Shown here in pieces: positions 19,023 through 28,256 of a DNA stretch of 64,000 nt. Made by a program: the position numbers and the translations under genes. The first letter of the stretch is position 1. Each line of letters begins with the position of its first letter. This DNA is from Candidatus Kaiserbacteria bacterium (GTDB lineage: Bacteria > Patescibacteriota > Minisyncoccia > Phycocordibacterales > UBA2100), in contig JACRFI010000007.1 in the NCBI GenBank assembly GCA_016217965.1, positions 37,815 through 101,814 on the forward strand, read 5' to 3'. The notes under the pieces are model-generated. The model saw nothing but the letters and a program-made list of their open reading frames with translations. It was not told the origin of the DNA and made no database searches.

Positions 19023-20024
19023 TTATTTTGCTTCTACAAAACCGCCGATGGTCGCGATATCTGCCTTGAGTGATGGATGCGATTGGTAATTCTCGAGCAT
19101 AATGTCGTCCTTCGTAAACTTATTTATATCAGATATTTTTGGGTTCAGGCGAACTGTTGGAAAAGGGAATGGTTCGCGCTTTATCTGCTCTTTCACTTGG
19201 TCGAAATGGTTTGAATATATGTGTACGTCTCCGAATGTGTGGACGAATTCGCCGGGGGGAATACCGGTAACTTGTGATACCAAAAGTAGCAACAAGGAGT
19301 AACTTGCGATATTGAATGGGACACCAAGAAAAAGGTCTGCGGAGCGTTGATAGAGCCCCAAATTGAGTTTGCCATTTGCTACCTGGAATTGGAACATGGT
19401 GTGGCAAAACGGCGGCACGTGCGATTTCTGCCCCTCGGAAGCCATTTCGTAAATGAAATCGGGATTCCATGCGCTCACGACGTACGATTTTCTGTCGGGC
19501 TTGGTTTTGAGCCCCTGTATCACCCATCCAAGCTGATCAATCTCCCGTCCGTCTTTTGCAGGCCAGCGCCGCCACATCCTTCCGTATATCGTGATGAGGT
19601 CTGCCCACTTCACGACGAACGGGTCATCCGGCGGTAATTCGGTAAGTTTTTTGATGAACTCTTCTTGTGTCGTAATTTTCTTCTCCTTGTCCCACATCTG
19701 GTAGTGCTTCCACGCCCATTCGTCCCAAATGTGTATGTTCTCAGTAAGAAGCGGTTTTATATTCGAACTGCCGGAAAGGAACCACAAAAGTTCGACAACG
19801 ATGCCTCGCCAGAAAGTCTTTTTTGTTGTGAGAAGTGGGAAGTCGCTACTGACGTCGAAACGCATTTGCCGCCCGAAAACTGACCGAATAAAAGGCGGTT
19901 TTTCACCCTTTTCAGCGTACTCTTTCAGAACGACGTCGTTGAAAAAAAGTTCTTTGTCGGCGCCGTTCTCGAGGATGTCTTTGCAGAGGTCGAGGTATTG
20001 AAATTCCGGGTGATTTTTTTTCAT
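19023..20024 (-). CDS. thyA: Thymidylate synthase
   Basis: FPLLTTKK, ELLWFL, PFCH, YQRSADLFLGVPFNIASY, GDVHIY. Confidence 0.96.
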   Translation of the reverse strand: MKKNHPEFQYLDLCKDILENGADKELFFNDVVLKEYAEKGEKPPFIRSVFGRQMRFDVSSDFPLLTTKKTFWRGIVVELLWFLSGSSNIKPLLTENIHIWDEWAWKHYQMWDKEKKITTQEEFIKKLTELPPDDPFVVKWADLITIYGRMWRRWPAKDGREIDQLGWVIQGLKTKPDRKSYVVSAWNPDFIYEMASEGQKSHVPPFCHTMFQFQVANGKLNLGLYQRSADLFLGVPFNIASYSLLLLLVSQVTGIPPGEFVHTFGDVHIYSNHFDQVKEQIKREPFPFPTVRLNPKISDINKFTKDDIMLENYQSHPSLKADIATIGGFVEAK

Positions 20025-20878
20025 ATCCTATGTAATGCTCGTATCAGCCGCGGGTCAATGCTCTTATTTTCAACGAGCTCCGCTAATATTTGTTCAGTAT
20101 CAAGTCCTCTCAGTTCTCGAGCTGCTGCCGCAAGCCTCGTAGGACTATCGCTCCCTGTTCTTCCTTTAGCAGCTGCTAGAAGCTGCGGGCTTATCGTGAT
20201 GAGTTGTCGAAGACCATTCGGGTTGCTGCTGCGAATTGCGAAAAGTAACCGTCTCCATTTGTAACCCAATAATGGAGGGAATTTCTCCAATTCGGACACG
20301 GCCTTATCCTTTTGTCCATGAATTAGGTATAGCAACCTTATCTTACGGTCGATGTTTTCGAACGCGTATCCGAGAATCGCAGGCGATGACGTGATCAGTT
20401 TGTGCGGGTCCTTGAAGCCTCGTTCCTCAAGACCTTTTATCTTTGCATCGATGTTTTCGAACGCCAGACCGAGAATCGCAGGCAATGACGTGATCAGTTT
20501 GTGCGGGTCCTTGAAGCCTCGTTCCTCAAGACCTTTTATCTTTGCATCGATGTTTTCGAACGCGTATCCGAGAATCGCAGGCAATGACGTGATCAGTTTG
20601 TGCGGGTCCTTGAAGCCTCGTTCCTCAAGACCTTTTATCTTTGCATCGATGTTTTCGAACGCGTATCCGAGAATCGCAGGCGATGACGTGATCAGTTTGT
20701 GCGGGTCCTTGAAGCCTCGTTCCTCAAGACCTTTTATCTTTGCTCTCGGATTTTCATAAAGTGAAGGACGCTCTTGAGTAACTTTATCTATCCATTCGCG
20801 TGAAAACCCCTCTTGCAAAAGCTGGTCGTATCTTTGTTGTTTGTAGTTATTTGTACCTTCCAATGGATCTTTTGCCAT
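20021..20878 (-). CDS. Tandem 33-aa repeat protein, mTERF-like
   Basis: (AKIKGLEERGFKDPHKLITS[S/L]PAILG[Y/L]AFENID)x4 plus degenerate flanking repeats. Confidence 0.75.
   Translation of the reverse strand: MAKDPLEGTNNYKQQRYDQLLQEGFSREWIDKVTQERPSLYENPRAKIKGLEERGFKDPHKLITSSPAILGYAFENIDAKIKGLEERGFKDPHKLITSLPAILGYAFENIDAKIKGLEERGFKDPHKLITSLPAILGLAFENIDAKIKGLEERGFKDPHKLITSSPAILGYAFENIDRKIRLLYLIHGQKDKAVSELEKFPPLLGYKWRRLLFAIRSSNPNGLRQLITISPQLLAAAKGRTGSDSPTRLAAAARELRGLDTEQILAELVENKSIDPRLIRALHRI
20349..20743. repeat. 99-bp tandem repeat x4 (coding)
   Basis: Units start at 20349, 20448, 20547 and 20646; identical except at two variable sites. Confidence 0.97.
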
Positions 20879-20887
20879 GTCCCCATT

Positions 20888-21442
20888 CTACTGCCTCTTT
20901 CCTTTCTTGGCTTGTGCAAAATGGTTCCAATTATCCTTCGCGAACCGCCCTGTTTTCTTGTAGCTCTGGCTCGGTGGAGAGGTCATCATGGAGAATGTTA
21001 TCTGGGCTATTTCCATGCCGGGGCGCAGGATGATAGGAACGTTGTTTTGGTTGGTGAGTTCGAGCGTAATGTTCAAGAAGTGTCCCGGATTTATGATGCC
21101 GGCGGTGTTATGCACCATCAGCCCGACGCGGGCAAGGGAAGACTTGCCGCCAATTTGCGTCAAGAAGTGGTCTGAGCCGAAGTATTCCTTGGACGTTCCC
21201 AGGACCGAGATGCCAGGGTGGAGAATAAATTCTTCGCCGTCTTTCACTATCGTCTCTCGCGTTTTTGCATATATCTTTTTGACCGGGTCAATGAGGGGCG
21301 TCTCGCTTTCGATATTCGCGATGAACTTATTGCCGAGCCGGATGTCGTAGCTCGCGGGCTGGAGCCTCGATTCGTCGAACGGCTTGAGGACGATCGTGCC
21401 TTGTTTGACCCCCTTTTTGATATCGATGTCTGAAAGAAACAT
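20888..21442 (-). CDS. dcd: dCTP deaminase
   Basis: LSDIDI, QPASYDIRLG, GKSSLARVGL.VH.TAG.I.PG, ITLEL, GMEIAQ. Confidence 0.93.
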   Translation of the reverse strand: MFLSDIDIKKGVKQGTIVLKPFDESRLQPASYDIRLGNKFIANIESETPLIDPVKKIYAKTRETIVKDGEEFILHPGISVLGTSKEYFGSDHFLTQIGGKSSLARVGLMVHNTAGIINPGHFLNITLELTNQNNVPIILRPGMEIAQITFSMMTSPPSQSYKKTGRFAKDNWNHFAQAKKGKRQ

Positions 21443-21462
21443 AGGTGATATGGCATCTTATC

Positions 21463-22182
21463 TTAACCGGTGTAGTTTGGGAATCCTTTCAACGCTTCCT
21501 TCACCTGCGAGGCGGGAAACGGTTTATTGAGACTGTCATCCTGTTTATGAGAACGGACAATCCACAACTGCCTCGCTTTGGTGTTGAATGCGACATTTGC
21601 AGAACGTGGGCCTTTTCTGATTTTTTGAACAGTGGGCCCCGAAAGCACTGGGGGATCAAATCCAAGTTCGTTTTGAATGATCTTTCCCATAGAGAGAATT
21701 GCACTCTCATATACCCCTTCCTGAGGTTCCCCGTCGTCGTCATAACTTCCCGCAAAGAGACCGGCGTCAACTGTGCCGGGCTTGACCTCACTCAAAAAAT
21801 CTCGGATTTTTTCTTCCAATTCTTCTTTATCTCTGGTGAAATTTGGTGAAAGAACATTGAAAGCCAAATGATGTCCAAGCAAGGAAATATTTTCTCCTTT
21901 GTCATTCTCTCCTATGAGTACAAATCCCACACAACAATAATAGTCATACGAGACTTTGGGCGATGAATCGATTTTCGAGAAATGCAACGATGCTGTGGTA
22001 TTCCATCGGACATTTTGCGCGGGTCTTGGGAAATGTTTGTAGCGGGAGAATTCCGGATTCCTTTCTAGGCTTTCATACGTTGGGCAGACCTTTATCATTT
22101 TTGCCGGGTCTTTTGTCCGCCATTCAGTCGATTCCATCGATTTCTGTCTTTCCGAGGCGGCTTCAAAATTCTTTGGCGCCAT
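21463..22182 (-). CDS. Hypothetical protein (possible CheD/YfiH-like Cys-His fold)
   Basis: CCVGFVL...LLGHH...AGLFAG spacing. Confidence 0.45.
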   Translation of the reverse strand: MAPKNFEAASERQKSMESTEWRTKDPAKMIKVCPTYESLERNPEFSRYKHFPRPAQNVRWNTTASLHFSKIDSSPKVSYDYYCCVGFVLIGENDKGENISLLGHHLAFNVLSPNFTRDKEELEEKIRDFLSEVKPGTVDAGLFAGSYDDDGEPQEGVYESAILSMGKIIQNELGFDPPVLSGPTVQKIRKGPRSANVAFNTKARQLWIVRSHKQDDSLNKPFPASQVKEALKGFPNYTG

Positions 22183-22184
22183 AG

Positions 22185-22859
22185 CTATTCAATGACAAAT
22201 ATTTTCTCAGTCCCATAGTAATCCGGCCAGTGTTCGTTGTAATGTGCGAACATGCGGGCGAGGCGCTCTTGCTTTAATTCTGAGACGCCGAGTTCTTGCA
22301 TGAGGTTGCGGATCTCGTGTTGGGCAAATGCCGCGTCCTTTTCATCTTCCACAATACGCTCAAATTCAGCAAGCCAGCCGTATCCTGCGTTTTTGTCCAA
22401 AGTGACATTGGTTCCTTTGCAGAGGTACTCTTCGCGTTCTCTTGACCACTTTGCTTCGTATTCAAACCCGGCTGACAGAACCAATGTGTCGAGTTCTTCA
22501 AATGGCAGCGCCATCTTTTCTTCAAATTCTCTGCGCGAAATTCCATTTGCACTCGTGTCGTCTCCGATTGTTGCTTTAACGACGAGCAGCGCCACCCCAT
22601 CTTTATTTCGCGTTCGTACAGAAAACTCTGTCGCTTTATCTGCTAGGTCCTTAAGTTTTATTTTTGCATCATCCGAAAGATGAGGGGAAGTGATGCCAGA
22701 CAATTTTTGCAGTGTTCCGCTCTTAAAATAGTGATTTAGTTGCGTATTTTTTGACTGCAGTCGGCAATTCGGATCAGCTTCCTGCATTGCCTTTCTCACC
22801 TCATCCGCTCTTTCCAAACTTCCAAGAAGCGACTTTATCTCGACTTCGATATTGTGCAT
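22185..22859 (-). CDS. CYTH/triphosphate tunnel metalloenzyme family protein
   Basis: N-terminal EVEIK, Q.NHYF, RTR, RREFE, VTLD..GYG..AEFE. Confidence 0.85.
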   Translation of the reverse strand: MHNIEVEIKSLLGSLERADEVRKAMQEADPNCRLQSKNTQLNHYFKSGTLQKLSGITSPHLSDDAKIKLKDLADKATEFSVRTRNKDGVALLVVKATIGDDTSANGISRREFEEKMALPFEELDTLVLSAGFEYEAKWSREREEYLCKGTNVTLDKNAGYGWLAEFERIVEDEKDAAFAQHEIRNLMQELGVSELKQERLARMFAHYNEHWPDYYGTEKIFVIE

Positions 22860-22874
22860 CTCGCGATTATATCC

Positions 22875-23405
22875 TCAATAGGACACTTTGTATCGTAGAA
22901 GCTGAGTACCGCCAGCATTCAGCTGCTTCGAGCTCGAGAGTTTCAAGCGACATTGGGACAGGTTGCCGTCCAGGATCGGGAATCCCGCGCCGAACAATTT
23001 CGGCTCGATGGTGATATGGATTTCATTGACGAGCTTCAGTTTGAGGAACGCAGCGGAGAGCTTGGGGCCGCCAGCGAGAAGTGCTCGGCGGTAGCCGCCC
23101 TTCTCAAGTGCGCGGATCAATTTTAAAGGGGAAAGCGATGTGAACTCGAGCCTGCCTTTTACTTCATCCTTTTTCAATTTCCCTGGCTGTGTGGTCATCA
23201 CGATGCGCCGAATATTCGGCGTAAGTTTCAATTGCTTGCGATGTGCGAGGTATGTATTGCGACCCACGATGACGACGCCGTTCTCTTTGATGAGCTTTTG
23301 GAACTGTTCCTGGTCTTCTCTGGAAGCCCAGAGGCGGGGCTGCTCGCCTTTAGGGCCAGTAATTCTCCCGTCAGCGGAAGCGACGACGGCGAGGGTGATT
23401 TTCAT
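22875..23405 (-). CDS. RibD C-terminal/DHFR-like reductase
   Basis: VASADGRI, GRNTY, LAGGPKL, EIHITIEPKLFGAG. Confidence 0.85.
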   Translation of the reverse strand: MKITLAVVASADGRITGPKGEQPRLWASREDQEQFQKLIKENGVVIVGRNTYLAHRKQLKLTPNIRRIVMTTQPGKLKKDEVKGRLEFTSLSPLKLIRALEKGGYRRALLAGGPKLSAAFLKLKLVNEIHITIEPKLFGAGFPILDGNLSQCRLKLSSSKQLNAGGTQLLRYKVSY

Positions 23406-23409
23406 GTCT

Positions 23410-24084
23410 TTATTCTACATCCCGCTTGAGCCACTTTACGCCAAGGTAGACAAGAGGCGTAACGAGGCCCGACATCACGTTCTTCAGCATCCAATAAGGA
23501 AGAATGATGCTCCATAAGAATGCGGCATTTGCGCCGAATCCTGTGTCGAATGAATAGAACGCAAGGACGATAAAGACAACCGTGTCCACGAACTGGGCAA
23601 GGATGTTCGACACGTTATTCCTGAGCCACAATTTCGATGCGCCGAGTGCTTGGCGGATGCGCGCGAAAAGGTACACGTCAAAAAATTGGGAGATTGCAAA
23701 TGCAGCGAGGGATGCAATCGACATTCGGATTGAGAACGTGAATATGGTGTCGTACGCAGCTTCCGAACTTGCGAATCGACTGGATGGTGGAAGCGCAGTC
23801 GTAAGAAGTGCGTAGAGGAGCAGCAAAACAATCACGAAGAGACCAGAGCGCACCACACTCCGCGCTCGTTCCTTGCCGTACACTTCCGTAATGATGTCAT
23901 TGATGGAAAAGATGAGGGGGACTGTGAAGATGGCAACCGATGCATTCAAACGGAAGGGCCATTCAAGAAGGGGAAACGTCTTTGCGCCCATCAATTCCGC
24001 TGCTGCGATGCAAAAAACATAGACAGCAATAAGGAGATCCATTCGGCGCATGCCGAAATATGATACCGATCCTGCATTTGGCAT
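23410..24084 (-). CDS. Queuosine precursor transporter (VUT/YhhQ family)
   Basis: DIITEVYG, ASLAAFAISQFFDV, LWLRNNVS..AQFVDT; start at 24084 is preceded by TATACT. Confidence 0.9.
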   Translation of the reverse strand: MPNAGSVSYFGMRRMDLLIAVYVFCIAAAELMGAKTFPLLEWPFRLNASVAIFTVPLIFSINDIITEVYGKERARSVVRSGLFVIVLLLLYALLTTALPPSSRFASSEAAYDTIFTFSIRMSIASLAAFAISQFFDVYLFARIRQALGASKLWLRNNVSNILAQFVDTVVFIVLAFYSFDTGFGANAAFLWSIILPYWMLKNVMSGLVTPLVYLGVKWLKRDVE

Positions 24085-24118
24085 GTCGCGAGTATAGCGT
24101 GAGCGAGCGGGACTGCAA

Positions 24119-24186
24119 CCCGGTAGTGAATTTTGGCGAGAGGGGTTTCTCACGCTTTCAGCGCATCGCCAAAATCTACTACCGGG
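24119..24186. repeat. Inverted-repeat element, family C, copy 1
   Basis: CCCGGTAGTGAATTTTGGCGA ... TCGCCAAAATCTACTACCGGG; same ends as 48666-48795. Confidence 0.9.
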
Positions 24187-24206
24187 TGCAATGGTATCCT
24201 GGTGCT

Positions 24207-24800
24207 ATGGAAGAAGCTGAGCGATGCGCGATGCACAACCAAAAGCAGCCGTGTGCCATTTGTCGCGCAAACCAAAAGATAGGTCCGCAGCGAAAATCCC
24301 ATACGGTTGTCGCGGTGGTTGCTATCGGGAAGAATCGCGAGCTTGGCGAGGGGGACCGCCTCTTGTGGCACATCCCGGATGATTTAAAGCGATTCAAGCG
24401 CCTTACGCTTGGGCATCCAATTGTCATGGGCCGCAAAACGTTCGAGTCCATTGTGAAAATTCTCGGCAAGCCTCTGCCAGAGCGAACGAACATCGTCGTC
24501 ACGCGTGACTCGAATTGGAAATATGAAGGCATTCTTGCCGCCTCTTCAATCGAGGATGCAATTGAATTGGCGAAGCAGCAGCCGGGCTCGGAGGAAATTC
24601 ACATCGGTGGCGGGGCGCAGATATACGAACAGGCACTGCCTTTTATCGACAAACTCTACCTTACGTTGATAGACGATACGAAGGATGCGGATGCGTTTTT
24701 TCCTCCTTATGAACATCTCTTTACGAAAAAGACTTTTGAAGAGGCAAGAGAGTCGAATGGATTAAAATACCGATGGGTAGACCTTTGCAGGAAACTCTAG
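24207..24800 (+). CDS. folA: Dihydrofolate reductase with short Cys/His N-terminal extension
   Basis: LLWHIPDDLKRFK, MGRKTFESI, PLPERTNIVVTR, IGGGAQIY, DAFFP. Confidence 0.93.
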   Translation: MEEAERCAMHNQKQPCAICRANQKIGPQRKSHTVVAVVAIGKNRELGEGDRLLWHIPDDLKRFKRLTLGHPIVMGRKTFESIVKILGKPLPERTNIVVTRDSNWKYEGILAASSIEDAIELAKQQPGSEEIHIGGGAQIYEQALPFIDKLYLTLIDDTKDADAFFPPYEHLFTKKTFEEARESNGLKYRWVDLCRKL

Positions 24801-25144
24801 TTTTGAGTTTGAAGTTGATACAGGACACTCGCCGTCTCTGACCGTAGCGTCACGTAATCTGCCTCAAATTTCTTGGCAGCTTTGCTGGTCTCATCCGGGG
24901 CAAGTTGTTTAAGCTCCCCATACGCATCAGTCCACAGCGAAAGTATCGCCGAGAATGCCTGGTGTGTAGTCTTGGGCCGGGTGTTTTGTGCGGCTGCCTC
25001 TCTCACTTCAGCAACCATCACTTCAAGCCGCGATTTCATACTTTGATATTGTTTTTGCGCTGAGCGAAAATGCTCTGCCCAGTCCTCGTCTTTTGGGAGA
25101 TACCCCATTCGCGACTGAGTGTCGGGCGACAATTTTTTGATCAA
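24797..25144 (-). CDS. Hypothetical helical protein
   Basis: 115-aa ORF convergent with folA; start uncertain. Confidence 0.45.
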   Translation of the reverse strand: MIKKLSPDTQSRMGYLPKDEDWAEHFRSAQKQYQSMKSRLEVMVAEVREAAAQNTRPKTTHQAFSAILSLWTDAYGELKQLAPDETSKAAKKFEADYVTLRSETASVLYQLQTQN

Positions 25145-25243
25145 GTTTGGGTCCGGAAGTCAGCGTGGGTCGTCTGAAAGTCCATCCATGTTTGAATGAT
25201 ACCATTCACTTGAAAGTACCCCCAAAACGATGTATTCTTGGTC

Positions 25244-28200
25244 ATGACACATCGGATAACGGTTCGAGCCAAAGGAAGGGATGCCAGGGCCGAACAGTAC
25301 CTCCGAACTCTCAAAAACAGGTTTCCGAAGGTAAAACTTCGTGATGTCGCTGTCACCGAAAGCTATACGATTGACGCGAAACTCTTGTCGAAAGAATTGG
25401 AGACTCTCTCGGAAAAATTGGCGAATCCAATAATCGAGGAACACTCAACGGGAGCCGTATTGGCTCCCAAATCATTTTCTGCAGCGATAGAAATAGGATT
25501 CCTTCCTGGTGTTACAGACAATGTCGGGCACACGGTACAGGAAATGATAGAAGATGCCGGGCGTGAACTGAAGGAGGGCGAGGCTGTGTACACGTCTCGT
25601 TTCCTTTTTCTCGACGGCTCTCTTTCGGAAGCAGAAGCGAGTGAAATGGCGAAGGAATTTTATAACCCGCTTATTCAACGTGCGTCTGTTATTTCCGCGC
25701 CGCAATTCAAGAAAGGAGTTCCTGTGGTTGTTCCGAAGGTCACGCTTCACGAGCGCATCGCAGCGGACGAAGTGAATCTGGAAGTAACAGACGAAGAGCT
25801 TCAGCGCATAGGAAAACAGGGCATCGAAAACCCCGATGGAACAAGGAGAGGGCCACTCGCGCTTTCGCTTCGCGCGATGCACATCATTCGAGACCACTTT
25901 CGGGCACTTGGTAGAAAACCGACGGACGTGGAACTCGAAGCGCTGGGGCAGACGTGGTCGGAACATTGCAAGCACACGATATTTGCGGACCCGCTCGATG
26001 AAATAGACGAAGGAATCTTTAAGCGATTCATCAGGGGCGCAACGCAGCACATCCGCGCGAAGAAGGGAAACAAGGATTTTTGCGTCTCCGTATTTACAGA
26101 TAATTCCGGCGGCATTGCGTTCGACGACGAGTATCTCGTCACTCACAAAGTCGAGACGCACAATTCTCCGTCGGCTCTTGATCCGTTTGGAGGTTCCATT
26201 ACGGCTATAGTCGGTGTAAACCGAGACTGCCTCGGGTTCGGGCTTGGCGCAAAACCTATCGCGAACGTCTATGGATTCTGCGTTGGGGACCCCAAGGACA
26301 TGACTGTGTATTTTAGAGATGCAGATAAAACACGACAAGTTCTTCCAGCACGAAGGATTTTGGAGGGAGTCGTGGCGGGAATTAATGCAGGTGGTAATCA
26401 AAGTGGTATACCGACTCCGCTCGGATTTGTCGCGACCGATCCGAGCTTCGACGCAAAACCTTTAGTGTTCGCGGGGACCGTTGGCCTTATCCCTAGGAAA
26501 TTGCGCGGAAAAAAGATGCATGAGAAAAAAGCACGGCCTGGAGATTATGTGGTGATGGTAGGCGGGAGTGTTGGTCTCGATGGCGTGCATGGCGCAACCT
26601 TCTCTTCCGAAGGACTCTCGAAAGATTCGCCTGCGACTGCCGTACAGATAGGCGACCCCATCACACAGAAGAAATTTTCTGATGCAATTGTAAGAGAGGT
26701 CCGCGAGAAAGGGCTTTTTAATAGCATCACCGATAATGGCGCAGGAGGGCTTTCTTCCTCTGTCGGGGAAATGGCAAAAGATTCTGGCGGATTTGTTGTC
26801 GATCTGGAGAAAGTGCCGCTTAAGTATCCCGGGCTTTCTCCGTGGCAGATATGGATATCGGAATCGCAGGAGCGCATGACCTTGGCAGTCCCGAAGTCGA
26901 AATGGAACGCTTTGAAAAAGATATTCGACCGTCACGGTGTTGCCTCGTGGTGCATCGGCGAATTTACCAAGTCCGGCAAAGCAGTTGTTCGTTGGGAGGG
27001 GAAGAATGTCATGGACTTGAGCATGGATTTTCTGCACGACGGGCGCCCCGTTGAAGAGCAGAAAAGCCAAACCATTTCCAAAGGTTTTCCCGAACCGATG
27101 CCCGAAGAGCGGCCGAGGGACCTCGCCCAAGCACTGATGGAAATGATGTCTCGGCCATCGATAGGAAGCATCTCGTTCATTTCGCAGCAATACGATCACG
27201 AGGTCCTCGCGATGGCGGTTACTAAGCCGCTGCAGGGTCGTGGGCGTGTAAATGCCGACTCTGGTGTCATTCAACCTCTTCCGCATTCGAATCGCGGTGT
27301 CGTTCTTGCCCATGGATACGCTCCGTGGTACTCAAATATCGATACGTATGCGATGGCAGCAGCCTCGATTGATACTGCCGTTCGGAACGCTGTAGCAACG
27401 GGGGCATCGCTCGGCCATCTCGCGATTCTCGACAACTTCTGCTGGTCTGATTCTTATAATCCAACGCGGTTGTATGAATTAAAGCGTGCAGCGCAGGCAT
27501 GCTATGACGTTGCCGTGGCGTATGGCACGCCATTTATTTCCGGGAAAGATTCTATGTTTAATGATTTCCGAGGATTTACGGAGAGCGGCGAGCCGATTCA
27601 CATCGCCGCGCTCCCAACGATTCTTATCTCTGCCATTGGCGTTATTCCTGATGTACGTAAGGCGGTGACGCTCGATCTCAAACAACCTGGCGATCTCGTA
27701 TACCTCATTGGAGAAACGCACGATGAGTTGGGCGCATCGGAATACTTCACGATGCTTTGGGAGGAAATCAGGAAAAAGGACAAAAAATATGGACACGGCG
27801 TGTCCATATATCAGACAATAGGGAATACGGTTCCGCAAGTAGATGCAGCGAGAAATTTGAAAGCATATCGGGCGCTTGAAAAAACGATACAGAAAGGTTT
27901 TATCGCATCCGCGATCTCTGTTGGGCGCGGCGGGCTTGGCGTTGCTCTTGCTAAAACCGCGATTGCGGGGAAATTAGGGATTACAGCTGACTTGAGAAAT
28001 TTGGATTTACGAAATCCAAATATCGAAAGAAGCGATGAGGTGGCGCTTTTTTCCGAAAGCCAGGGGCGAATCCTGGTGAGTGTGAACCAGAAACAGAAGC
28101 GAGCATTCGAGAAAACACTTAGAGGTGTCACCTCTAAGTTGATCGGGGAAGCCACGAAGAAAGAAGTGTTTGATCTTACGCTTCCACAAAATCGATTGAA

Positions 28201-28255
28201 TATCCCGCTTAAGTCGCTCGCGACTGCTTACCAGAAGCCGTTCAAAAATTGGTGA
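25244..28255 (+). CDS. purL: Phosphoribosylformylglycinamidine synthase PurL with PurS-like N-terminal region
   Basis: PGVTDNVG, QTWSEHCKH, KVETHNSPS, DNGAGGLSS, SESQERM, ISGKDSM. Confidence 0.96.
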   Translation: MTHRITVRAKGRDARAEQYLRTLKNRFPKVKLRDVAVTESYTIDAKLLSKELETLSEKLANPIIEEHSTGAVLAPKSFSAAIEIGFLPGVTDNVGHTVQEMIEDAGRELKEGEAVYTSRFLFLDGSLSEAEASEMAKEFYNPLIQRASVISAPQFKKGVPVVVPKVTLHERIAADEVNLEVTDEELQRIGKQGIENPDGTRRGPLALSLRAMHIIRDHFRALGRKPTDVELEALGQTWSEHCKHTIFADPLDEIDEGIFKRFIRGATQHIRAKKGNKDFCVSVFTDNSGGIAFDDEYLVTHKVETHNSPSALDPFGGSITAIVGVNRDCLGFGLGAKPIANVYGFCVGDPKDMTVYFRDADKTRQVLPARRILEGVVAGINAGGNQSGIPTPLGFVATDPSFDAKPLVFAGTVGLIPRKLRGKKMHEKKARPGDYVVMVGGSVGLDGVHGATFSSEGLSKDSPATAVQIGDPITQKKFSDAIVREVREKGLFNSITDNGAGGLSSSVGEMAKDSGGFVVDLEKVPLKYPGLSPWQIWISESQERMTLAVPKSKWNALKKIFDRHGVASWCIGEFTKSGKAVVRWEGKNVMDLSMDFLHDGRPVEEQKSQTISKGFPEPMPEERPRDLAQALMEMMSRPSIGSISFISQQYDHEVLAMAVTKPLQGRGRVNADSGVIQPLPHSNRGVVLAHGYAPWYSNIDTYAMAAASIDTAVRNAVATGASLGHLAILDNFCWSDSYNPTRLYELKRAAQACYDVAVAYGTPFISGKDSMFNDFRGFTESGEPIHIAALPTILISAIGVIPDVRKAVTLDLKQPGDLVYLIGETHDELGASEYFTMLWEEIRKKDKKYGHGVSIYQTIGNTVPQVDAARNLKAYRALEKTIQKGFIASAISVGRGGLGVALAKTAIAGKLGITADLRNLDLRNPNIERSDEVALFSESQGRILVSVNQKQKRAFEKTLRGVTSKLIGEATKKEVFDLTLPQNRLNIPLKSLATAYQKPFKNW
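28117..28139. repeat. REP-like palindrome (family E) inside purL
   Basis: ACTTAGAGGTGTCACCTCTAAGT, identical to the core of 52389-52413. Confidence 0.9.
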
Positions 28256-28256
28256 T

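Noticed and set aside
20349-20743. 99-bp repeats as a CRISPR array
   Set aside because: The units are contiguous with no unique spacers, are in-frame coding, and have no cas genes nearby.
24085-24206. preQ1 riboswitch for the queuosine transporter
   Set aside because: No preQ1 consensus is seen; the hairpin is a family C repeat and the gene looks leaderless.
25145-25243. Purine or ZTP riboswitch upstream of purL
   Set aside because: No recognisable consensus, and a -10-like box lies just before the ATG, leaving no leader.
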